Virus record (IMG/VR): IMGVR_UViG_3300043178_000071
Coordinates: 1-43,511 of that record
Direction: 5' to 3' (one strand)
DNA: 43,511 bases
DNA from: a virus
Shown: positions 1 to 6,622 of the stretch, piece after piece
Numbering within the stretch: the stretch's first letter is position 1
Layout of the letters: every line of letters begins with the position of its first letter
Made by a program: the position numbers and the translations under genes
The notes under the pieces: model-generated
The model's input: only the letters and a program-made list of their open reading frames with translations
Databases searched by the model: none
Told to the model about the DNA's origin: nothing

Positions 1-603
1 TCAGTGGCCGATTGACAAACTGCGGAACGAGACACCCGAGCAGCGGAGGTAGATCGCGTGATTGCGTATCTCGGCAGCGACCAACTGAAGCAGGATTTCC
101 TCGCACAGGTCGCTCTACACGAACAGGCGGATGCGTTCGTCAAGGGCACCTACGGGAAAATGATGGATGGGCAGTTCCGTGGTTGCGCGGTTGGATGCTC
201 GCTGCACAGCCTGAATCTGATGAATGGCAAGCCGCCGCTGTATGACACGTCCGTCCATGCACGATACGAGGCCGAATTGGGGCTGCCCGCATGGCTGGCG
301 TGGCTCCAAGATTACCTCTTCGAGGCGCTGCCTGATGCGGCGGCGGCGACATGGCCGCGGCGATTCGCGGAGGCGGTGCCGGTGGGGGCGGTGATTGATC
401 AGCGGGCGCTGGCGCGGGTGCTGGTGTGGATCTTGACCGATGCCGAGTGGGGCATGGCGCGCACCACGGAGCGGGCGGATGTGCGGGAGTGGTGCCAGAC
501 GATCGCGGCATATATCGCGGCGGACGCGACGGGATCGGCCACGGCCGACCACCGGGAGGCAGCCGCGAGGGCCGCGAGGGCCGCGAGGGCGGCGTGGGAC
601 GCG
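1..603. repeat. Terminal direct repeat, copy 1. The window is one 42,908-bp genome unit plus a 603-bp overlap
   Basis: Bases 1-603 recur at 42909-43511 (offset 42908) in every stretch I compared. ORFs 12..245 and 42920..43153 give identical peptides. Confidence 0.95.
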
Positions 604-798
604 TGGGACGCGTGGGACGCGTGGGACGCGTGGGACGCGAGGGCCGCGTGGGCCGCGAGGGCCACGTGGGCCGCGAGGGCGGCGAGGGCGGCGAGGGCCA
701 CGTGGGACGCGTGGCCCACGTGGGCCGCGAGGGCCGCGTGGATCGTGGCGCTCTCTGAATATGTGCTGACGGTGCTCCGCGAGGCTCCACGCGCATAG
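58..798 (+). CDS. Hypothetical protein: ~168-aa N-terminal domain followed by 20 tripeptide repeats (A/D/P)-(A/T)-(R/W)
   Basis: GTG start and a 246-aa ORF. The C-terminus reads [36 protein letters not shown]... Third codon positions are G/C-rich, like other genes here. Confidence 0.6.
   Translation: MIAYLGSDQLKQDFLAQVALHEQADAFVKGTYGKMMDGQFRGCAVGCSLHSLNLMNGKPPLYDTSVHARYEAELGLPAWLAWLQDYLFEALPDAAAATWPRRFAEAVPVGAVIDQRALARVLVWILTDAEWGMARTTERADVREWCQTIAAYIAADATGSATADHREAAARAARAARAAWDAWDAWDAWDAWDARAAWAARATWAARAARAARATWDAWPTWAARAAWIVALSEYVLTVLREAPRA
562..741 (+). repeat. Tandem array of 20 x 9 bp (gccgcgagg / gacgcgtgg / gccacgtgg variants), in frame within CDS 58..798
   Basis: Units counted directly from 562. 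Every unit is three codons. Confidence 0.9.
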
Positions 799-811
799 GG
801 AGGGTAGGACG

Positions 812-1048
812 ATGGCGAGACTCCCCCAATTATCCGAGGCGAGTCGGCAAGCCGTGGAACCGTGGCGGGTGCTGGCGCAGGACGCCGCGCGACGCTGTCG
901 ATACGAGTGGGCGGCGATGCACTGGCGCAAGGCGGCGGCGCTCGCGGATGACGACGACGTGGCGGCGGCGATGCGGGCGAACGCGGCCGAGTGTGAACGG
1001 CAGTTGCTCAATGCGCCGGTGCCGGATGCGACGGGAGACGGCCGATGA
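812..1048 (+). CDS. Hypothetical protein (78 aa)
   Basis: ATG preceded by GGGAGGG at 798-804. The stop overlaps the next ATG (ATGA at 1045). Confidence 0.55.
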   Translation: MARLPQLSEASRQAVEPWRVLAQDAARRCRYEWAAMHWRKAAALADDDDVAAAMRANAAECERQLLNAPVPDATGDGR

Positions 1049-1143
1049 CGCGGATCTGGACATGCTCCTTCAATCACGACTGCGAACACTGGTGGCGGTG
1101 GACGGCGCGGTTCTGTGCCTGGCGGCGCCGCTGGCGTGGCTAG
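1045..1143 (+). CDS. Possible small Trp/Arg-rich ORF (32 aa)
   Basis: ATGA overlap with the upstream stop. It is below the ORF-track size cutoff and has no other support. Confidence 0.2.
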   Translation: MTRIWTCSFNHDCEHWWRWTARFCAWRRRWRG

Positions 1144-1327
1144 ACAGGCGTCCGTGTATCGCTGCACCTGTGGGCGAAAGGTGCCCGTGGTGAGAGTGAC
1201 ACCATATGAATTCCCCTGGCGCTGCGTGTGTGGTCGGGCCGGAGTGATCGCGTGGGAGACGGCGAATCCCCCGCCGACGTTTAGTGGCGAGATGCAGCCG
1301 AGTTTGTTCCACGTGTTGAGTGAGTGA
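1115..1327 (+). CDS. Small zinc-ribbon-like protein (CxC...CxC)
   Basis: The peptide contains [30 protein letters not shown] starts are possible at 1115 or 1136. The stop overlaps the next gene start. Confidence 0.5.
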   Translation: MPGGAAGVARQASVYRCTCGRKVPVVRVTPYEFPWRCVCGRAGVIAWETANPPPTFSGEMQPSLFHVLSE

Positions 1328-3567
1328 CGATGACCTCATACAAGGCCTTTCTTGAGACGAAGCATCCGCGATGGTCGGTGCGAGACTCGGCGCCTGACCT
1401 ACCCGTCCCTGATGCTCACCTGTTCGAGTGGCAGCGCGTGATTGTGTCGCGCGTGTTCCGCCTACAGCGCGGCGCGATTTGGGCGGATACCGGACTGGGT
1501 AAGACCGCCATGCAGCTCACATGGGCGCACGGGGCGGCCGTGGTGACGGGGCGGCCGTCTCTGATTCTGACGCCGCTCGCCGTGGGCGCGCAGACCCTGG
1601 CGGAAGCGGCGCGGTTCGGCATTCCGGCAGAGTCGTGCCGGGGGCGCTGGCCTGATGCGCCCGTGCATGTCCTGAACTATGAGCAGCTCGCGCATGTGGA
1701 CGCGGGCCGCTACGGAGCCGTGGTGCTCGATGAGTCCAGTATTCTGAAAGCCTATTCGGGCGTGACCAAACAGCGGTTAATCGAGACATTCGCGGACACG
1801 CCGTATCGGCTGTGCTGCACGGCGACGCCTGCCCCGAATGATCATCTCGAAATTGGAAATCACGCCGAGTTTCTTGGTGTGATGCGGTCACATGAGATGA
1901 TCATGCGCTGGTTCATCAATGACCCGATGGAGGCCGGCGCCTATCGCCTCAAGGGTCATGCGCGGGCGGCATTCTGGGAATGGGTCGCTTCGTGGGCCGT
2001 CGCGCTGCGGACGCCGGCGGATTGGGGCTTCGACGCGTCAGGGTTCACGCTGCCGGAGTTACGCGTGCATCGCGTCTCTGTCGGCAGCGTGGACCTCGAA
2101 CCGGACGATGGTCACCTGTTCGCCCTCAGCAAGTCCTCGGCCACTGGTCTGCATCGGAGCCTACGCGTGTCCAGCGTGGCACGTGCGGAACGTGCCGCGG
2201 CGATCGTCGCGGCTGAGCCTGGGGAATCGTGGCTCGTGTGGTCGCACACCAACTATGACGCCGATGCGTTTCGCGCGGTGTGCCCGGACGCGGTCGAAGT
2301 GCGCGGGAGCGACAGCGAGGCGAAAAAAGAAGAACTCCTGAGCGGGTTCAGTGCGGGTCGCATACGCGTATTGCTGACGAAGCCCTCGATTGCCGGGTTC
2401 GGCCTGAACTGGCAGCACTGCGCCCGCGTCGTGTTCCTGGGGCCGTCGTATTCCTACGAGGAGTGGTATCAGGCGATTCGCCGTGTCTGGCGTTATGGCC
2501 AACAGCGGCCCGTGGAGGTATATGCCGTGAGTGCAGATAACGAGTCAGCGGTCCAGAACGCGATTGTCGCGAAGGCGGCGGCGCACTCGACGCTGCAGGG
2601 GGAACTCATTCGGGCCTCAGCCAAGACGCTGGGGCTGGGCGGCTCGCCCGGACTGATGACACGGACATTGACACGGGACGTGGGCGACGGCTGGGAGCTC
2701 TGGACCGGCGATTGTGTGGAGGGCGTGGCCACGTTGCCGGATGCGTCTATCGACCACTGCGTGTTCTCGCCGCCGTTCGCCAATCTCTACCTCTACTCCG
2801 ATGGCCTCGCGGATATGGGGAACTGCGTGAGTTATGACGAGTTCTGGGAGCACTATGCGTTCCTCGCGAGGGGCCTCCATCGGGTGATGCGTCCGGGTCG
2901 CATCGTGGCCGTGCATTGTAAGGACTTGCCGCGCTACAAAGGGCGCGATGGGTCAGCGGGCCTCTATGACTTCCCTGGGGAATTGATCCGCGTGATGACG
3001 GGGGCCGGGTTCACGTATCACAGCCGCGTCACGATTTGGAAAGACCCTGTCATCGAGATGCAGCGCACAAAGAATCACGGATTGCTCTATAAACAATTGC
3101 GGAAAGACTCGTGCGCCTCCCGTATGGGCATGGCGGATTTCGTCGTGGCGTTTCGGAAGTGGGATGGCTTGGGCACGGACGCAGAAGTCGGCGTGCCTCA
3201 CACGCGGGAGGAGTTCCCCTTAGAGCGGTGGCAGCAGTGGGCATCTCCGGTCTGGGATGACATTCAGCAAACGCGCGTGCTCACGTACATGGACGCGAAG
3301 TCGGACGAGGACGAACGGCATATCTGCCCGTTGCAGCTTGACGTAATCGAGCGATGTCTCACGTTGTGGTCAAATCCAGGGGATGTCGTGCTGTCACCAT
3401 TCGCCGGCATCGGGTCAGAAGGCTACGAATCGATCCGACTGGGGCGGCGGTATATCGGATTCGAGCTCAAGCCGGAGTACGCACAGGTTGCCGTGAAGCA
3501 TCTGCGGGCGGCTGAGCACGCACGGAGGCAGGGGTGTTTGTTCTCCATGACCGGGGCCAGCGCGTGA
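1324..3567 (+). CDS. SNF2-family helicase fused to a beta-class N4/N6 DNA methyltransferase
   Basis: Helicase motifs: ADTGLGKT (I), [10 protein letters not shown] (II), CCTATPAPN (III), GFGLNWQ (V), [11 protein letters not shown] (VI). The MTase half has motif [12 protein letters not shown] before motif [13 protein letters not shown]. The start is GTG 1324 or ATG 1330. Confidence 0.85.
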   Translation: MTMTSYKAFLETKHPRWSVRDSAPDLPVPDAHLFEWQRVIVSRVFRLQRGAIWADTGLGKTAMQLTWAHGAAVVTGRPSLILTPLAVGAQTLAEAARFGIPAESCRGRWPDAPVHVLNYEQLAHVDAGRYGAVVLDESSILKAYSGVTKQRLIETFADTPYRLCCTATPAPNDHLEIGNHAEFLGVMRSHEMIMRWFINDPMEAGAYRLKGHARAAFWEWVASWAVALRTPADWGFDASGFTLPELRVHRVSVGSVDLEPDDGHLFALSKSSATGLHRSLRVSSVARAERAAAIVAAEPGESWLVWSHTNYDADAFRAVCPDAVEVRGSDSEAKKEELLSGFSAGRIRVLLTKPSIAGFGLNWQHCARVVFLGPSYSYEEWYQAIRRVWRYGQQRPVEVYAVSADNESAVQNAIVAKAAAHSTLQGELIRASAKTLGLGGSPGLMTRTLTRDVGDGWELWTGDCVEGVATLPDASIDHCVFSPPFANLYLYSDGLADMGNCVSYDEFWEHYAFLARGLHRVMRPGRIVAVHCKDLPRYKGRDGSAGLYDFPGELIRVMTGAGFTYHSRVTIWKDPVIEMQRTKNHGLLYKQLRKDSCASRMGMADFVVAFRKWDGLGTDAEVGVPHTREEFPLERWQQWASPVWDDIQQTRVLTYMDAKSDEDERHICPLQLDVIERCLTLWSNPGDVVLSPFAGIGSEGYESIRLGRRYIGFELKPEYAQVAVKHLRAAEHARRQGCLFSMTGASA

Positions 3568-3824
3568 GCCTGACGGATCGGGTCGTCGCGTATTTCCGCG
3601 CGCATCCCGGCGAGTGGATTGACGGCCGCGTGCTGGCGACGGTCGGCGGGGCCTATGCGTGGCGTAGCAGAGTGTCAGATGCACGCCGGCAAGGGTTGGA
3701 CATCGAGAACCGCACGCGGCGGGTGCGGAACGGGCTGACGTCCTGGACGGTGAGCGAGTATCGGTATCGGTCTGGGGCGGTTGAGCAGGCGGCGGCGCCG
3801 CTTGAGGACCAGGCGCCAGCGTGA
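3564..3824 (+). CDS. Small putative winged-helix DNA-binding protein
   Basis: GTG 3564 overlaps the stop of the upstream gene (GTGA). The peptide reads [45 protein letters not shown]. The fold call is a pattern impression only. Confidence 0.55.
   Translation: MSLTDRVVAYFRAHPGEWIDGRVLATVGGAYAWRSRVSDARRQGLDIENRTRRVRNGLTSWTVSEYRYRSGAVEQAAAPLEDQAPA
3797..3814. repeat. 18-bp direct repeat gccgcttgaggaccaggc, copy 1 (3' end of the wHTH gene)
   Basis: The exact 18-mer recurs at 4026..4043, and ttgagc precedes both copies. Confidence 0.9.
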
Positions 3825-4009
3825 AGCCCTACTACGAGCACGGTGGGATCACGATCTATCACGGGGATTGCTTCGAGATCCTCCACGACCTGCGAGATGT
3901 GGGTGCGGTTCTGACTGACCCGCCGTACTCAAGTGGGGGGGCATTTCGTGGAGATCGCATGGTGTCTACACTCAGCAGGAGATCGCATGGTGTCTACACT
4001 CAGCAATGA
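3821..4009 (+). pseudogene. 5' fragment of a DPPY-type (N6A/N4C) DNA methyltransferase gene, truncated after ~46 codons
   Basis: MKPYYEHGGITIYHGDCFEILHDLRDVGAVLTDPPYSSGG is a typical MTase N-terminus with motif IV. The frame then enters a 28-bp tandem duplication and stops. No motif I or C-terminal part lies downstream. Confidence 0.7.
3951..4005. repeat. Tandem duplication, 2 x 27 nt (gagatcgcatggtgtctacactcagca) with a 28-bp period
   Basis: Copies lie at 3951..3977 and 3979..4005, separated by a single g. Confidence 0.9.
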
Positions 4010-4025
4010 AACACCCAAGTGTTGA

Positions 4026-4043
4026 GCCGCTTGAGGACCAGGC
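4026..4043. repeat. 18-bp direct repeat gccgcttgaggaccaggc, copy 2
   Basis: Identical to 3797..3814. The two copies flank the methyltransferase fragment. Confidence 0.9.
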
Positions 4044-4061
4044 ACGATAAGAGATGGTGGG

Positions 4062-4325
4062 ATGGGCATGAGGAAGATTGTCGAGGACGTGAGTGGTGAG
4101 GGGCTGGAGAAACTCCTCGGTGCGCGGGTCACGCTGTTCTGCGTGAACTACATTTACACCGGGAAACTGGTGGGTGTGGGCGCGACGTGCGTGCTCTTGG
4201 ACGACCCGGCCATTGTGTACGACACGGGACCATTCAGCGAGAAGGACTGGAAGAACGCGGAGTCGTTGCCGAACAGCATCTATGTGATGCTATCGGCGGT
4301 GGAAGCGTGCGGAGTGGTCAAGTGA
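4062..4325 (+). CDS. Hypothetical 87-aa protein, possibly a small Sm/Hfq-like beta-barrel
   Basis: Third codon positions are G/C-rich. The segment ARVTLFCVNYIYTGKLVGVGATCVLLDDPAIVY loosely resembles the Hfq Sm1 region ([25 protein letters not shown]...VY). Confidence 0.6.
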   Translation: MGMRKIVEDVSGEGLEKLLGARVTLFCVNYIYTGKLVGVGATCVLLDDPAIVYDTGPFSEKDWKNAESLPNSIYVMLSAVEACGVVK

Positions 4326-4360
4326 TTCGCGGACAACGGCAACGGTGGGCGTGGGTGGAG

Positions 4361-4540
4361 TCGGGGTGGTCGCGGGTGGGGTCGCGGTCGTGGTCGCGGG
4401 CGGGGTCGCGGTTGTGGTCGCGGTCGCGGTCGTGGTCGGGGTCGGGGTCGATGGCGTGGTCGGTGTTGGGGTTGTGGTCGTGGTCGCGGGCGGGGTCGTG
4501 GTCGCGGGCGGGGTCGTGGTCGCGGTCGCGGTCGCGGGCG
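4361..4540. repeat. Microsatellite of ~30 hexamers (N-G-G-T-C-G), almost free of adenine on the + strand
   Basis: Read directly from the sequence. The 18-bp super-unit gtggtcgcgggcggggtc occurs at 4390, 4480 and 4498. Only two A residues (4359, 4451) occur between 4343 and 4545. Confidence 0.9.
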
Positions 4541-4542
4541 TG

Positions 4543-4572
4543 TTGACATCGCGCCCCGCGAACGGGTAAAGT
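4543..4572 (+). promoter_or_regulatory. Sigma70-type promoter: TTGACA, 18-nt spacer, TAAAGT
   Basis: A perfect -35 lies at 4543..4548 and a -10-like TAAAGT at 4567..4572. The site is intergenic, directly after the hexamer array. Confidence 0.55.
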
Positions 4573-4578
4573 GCGGGG

Positions 4579-4965
4579 TGAAAGGTGACGGCCCGCAGGG
4601 ATGGTGAGTCCCTGCCGGTCCATGCGATTCGTGAGGGGAACGAATCAGGTGCAGGCCATTTCCAGGCCGTCGCATCGATTCTACCCTATCTACCCTCCCT
4701 CACACAATCGGTCAACCTGCGCGGGGCGCTGGGAGCCAAGCTGACGCCACTGGGGCGTCCCGTGGTACGGCCATGACCAGGACTGCACCATGGCACCGTG
4801 GAGCCGAAGGGCCAGAGCGGGCAGGGGACGCCGTGCAGCGGCGGACGACAGTCTGGCCCGACCCGTGCCGCGCTGTCACGCGATGCATGGGGCCACGAAC
4901 GGGCGACGGCCACGGGCTGACGACTTCGTTGTGGTCACGGCTGCCCCTCTTTAGGGGAAGCCTGT
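4579..4965 (+). ncRNA. Candidate structured non-coding RNA or long 5' leader (class unknown)
   Basis: It lies downstream of the consensus promoter, and no ORF here has genome-typical codon bias. Several perfect hairpins and a 32-nt G-free CU-rich stretch are present, with a strong terminal hairpin at 4939..4962. The ends are approximate. Confidence 0.35.
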
Positions 4966-5004
4966 GCCTCGTGGGCTCTGGCGCTGGGCTGATAGGGGGA
5001 GGCG

Positions 5005-5385
5005 ATGGGGGGGATAGAGTTCCCGGTACGGGACGGTCAGTGGTGGACGCTCGCGCCGTCGCTGCAGGCGGAGCTGGAGCAGGATTATCCGGCCGTGTCC
5101 GTGGCGGCAGAACTCCGCAAGGCCCGCGCCTGGCTGGTCGCCAATCCTAGGCGTCGCAAGACGGCCCGCGGGATGCCTCGGTTTCTGGTCGGGTGGCTGA
5201 ATCGGGCGAATCGGGCGACGGGGATCCGGCGCGGGGATCGAGCGGTCATCATTGCGCCGCCGACGTGGGCCTGCCCTCACGATCCCTCCTGCCGGGAGGC
5301 GTATCGGTGTGCGCAGCGGCAGGAGCTCGGTGAAGCCCGCTGGCGTGAGCTGTTTCCGAGCTGGTTCACGCAGGCGGGCGGATGA
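5005..5385 (+). CDS. Hypothetical protein (126 aa)
   Basis: ATG preceded by GGGGGAGG at 4995..5002. The peptide contains ELRKARAWLVANPRRRKTARGMPRFLVGWLNRA, a motif style I associate with phage replication-organiser C-termini (unverified). Confidence 0.7.
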   Translation: MGGIEFPVRDGQWWTLAPSLQAELEQDYPAVSVAAELRKARAWLVANPRRRKTARGMPRFLVGWLNRANRATGIRRGDRAVIIAPPTWACPHDPSCREAYRCAQRQELGEARWRELFPSWFTQAGG

Positions 5386-5403
5386 AGCGTCGCAGGCGGG
5401 CGG

Positions 5404-6301
5404 ATGAGCGTCTACTACAACGAGATCGACCAATTCGCGGCGGCGTGGCTGCGGGCACTGATGCGGGCCGGAGAGATTCCCGAGGGCGAGGTCGATGAGC
5501 GGTCAATTGCCGATGTTTCCCCGGACGACGTCCGAGGCTTCCGCCAGTGCCACTGGTTCGCTGGCATTGGCGGGTGGGCCTACGCGCTTCGACTTGCCGG
5601 GTGGGGTGACGAGCCCATCTGGACCGGGTCCTGTCCCTGCCAGCCGTTCACGTTGGCGGGGAAAGGTGACGGCGAAGCCGATCCCCGCGATCTTTGGCCA
5701 GCGTGGGCACAGCTCATCCGCGAGTGCCGCCCTGTCGTCATCGCTGGTGAGCAAGTTGCGGCGGCGGCTCGGGGAATCTGGCTCGACCGTCTTTGTGCAG
5801 ACCTGGAAGGAATTGGCTACGCCGTCGGGGCGGGTGTATTGGGGGCACACAGCGTCGGGGCGCCGCACCTCCGGCAACGGCTCTGGTTCGTGGCGGACGC
5901 CGATGGCGAGCGACACCAGGGGCGCGCGGGTCGATACGCGGACCGGAGCGGACGGGATCCGGGGCGGGGCACACGCTAAATCTGCAGGATTACGTGAGGC
6001 AGGCATGGGTCACACCAATCGCGCGGGACTGGAAGGACAACGCCGGGATGGCCGAAACGGGCACGAACCCGGACGGGTCGGAGCGGACGCGGCTGGATCA
6101 GTTGCCGCGGCAGGCACATGGGGTGATCTCGTCTGGCTCCCCTGCCGAGACGGGAAAGCGCGGCCAACTCAACCCGGCCTTTTCCCGCTGGCTCATGGGG
6201 TATCCGCCCGCATGGGACGACTGTGCGGTTACGGCAATGCTATCGTGCCGCAGGTCGCGGCGGCGTTCCTCCAAGCCTACCGTGACGCGCGAGAGGGCTG
6301 A
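5404..6301 (+). pseudogene. Phage-type DNA cytosine-5 methyltransferase split over three reading frames (at least 2 frame disruptions)
   Basis: The frame of 5404 carries YNEID.., FAGIGG (I), PCQPF (IV), GEQV (VI) and PHLRQRLWFVA (VIII), then stops at 5979. The frame of 5793 carries LNLQDYVRQAWVTPIARDWKD...LNPAFSRWLMGYPPAWDDC. The frame of 5495 carries GYGNAIVPQVAAAFLQAY (X) and stops at 6301. Confidence 0.6.
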
Positions 6302-6306
6302 AACCA

Positions 6307-6561
6307 GTGAAGCGGTGGCTCGTCTCGGCGGTGGGGATGGCCTGTGGGCGGTGCGGGGCGCGGATTCCGCCCGGTCAGGCGGTGCAGGTGATCACGGGAG
6401 AGACGGGATGGCGTCTGGTGCGGTGTCAGGCGTGCGCGGGGCCGGCGCCGGCGGTGGTGGAGGCGGGGCCGCTGATCGAGGCGATCAAGAAGCCGCGGCT
6501 GTCGCTGCCCAGCACGCGGGAACTAGCGCGGGACTGGAAGGCGCAGCAGGCGGGGTGGTGA
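6307..6561 (+). CDS. Small zinc-ribbon protein (CGRC...CQAC)
   Basis: GTG start 6 nt after the MTase frame-C stop. The 84-aa ORF has two CxxC pairs. Confidence 0.55.
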   Translation: MKRWLVSAVGMACGRCGARIPPGQAVQVITGETGWRLVRCQACAGPAPAVVEAGPLIEAIKKPRLSLPSTRELARDWKAQQAGW

Positions 6562-6567
6562 CGTTGG

Positions 6568-6593
6568 CTGGGTCAGGGAGCTGGGTCAGGGAG
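6568..6593. repeat. Tandem direct repeat, 2 x 13 bp (ctgggtcagggag)
   Basis: Exact copies lie at 6568..6580 and 6581..6593, in the convergent intergenic gap. Confidence 0.85.
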
Positions 6594-6622
6594 TGGCCTG
6601 TCCGGGCATAACCTGGGGAGGA

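Noticed and set aside
562-741. The tandem arrays (9-bp array here, hexamer array at 4361..4540) as possible CRISPR loci.
   Set aside because: The units are 6-9 bp and contiguous, with no spacers. No cas genes are present.
4280-4675. 131-aa minus-strand ORF encoding (RP)n, with a possible inner start (MSTRPRPRP...) at 4549. It is reminiscent of Pro/Arg-rich antimicrobial peptides.
   Set aside because: It is the antisense reading of the hexamer array. Its Arg codons are almost all CGA, atypical for this G/C-ending codon usage. It overlaps the 3' end of 4062..4325, and its inner ATG lies inside the + strand -35 box. It is probably a repeat artefact.
4585-5150. ORFs 4585..4776 (63 aa) and 4773..5150 (125 aa) as protein genes downstream of the 4543 promoter.
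   Set aside because: Third-position G/C is lower than in neighbouring genes and there is no SD. The second ORF runs 145 nt out of frame into the well-supported gene 5005..5385. The region is better explained as RNA or leader.
6302-6611. Continuation of the C5-methyltransferase frame of 5793 to its stop at 6611 as a genuine long C-terminus.
   Set aside because: That frame would overlap the whole of 6307..6561 and becomes Gly/Ala low-complexity. The frame carrying the canonical GNAIVPQV motif stops neatly at 6301.
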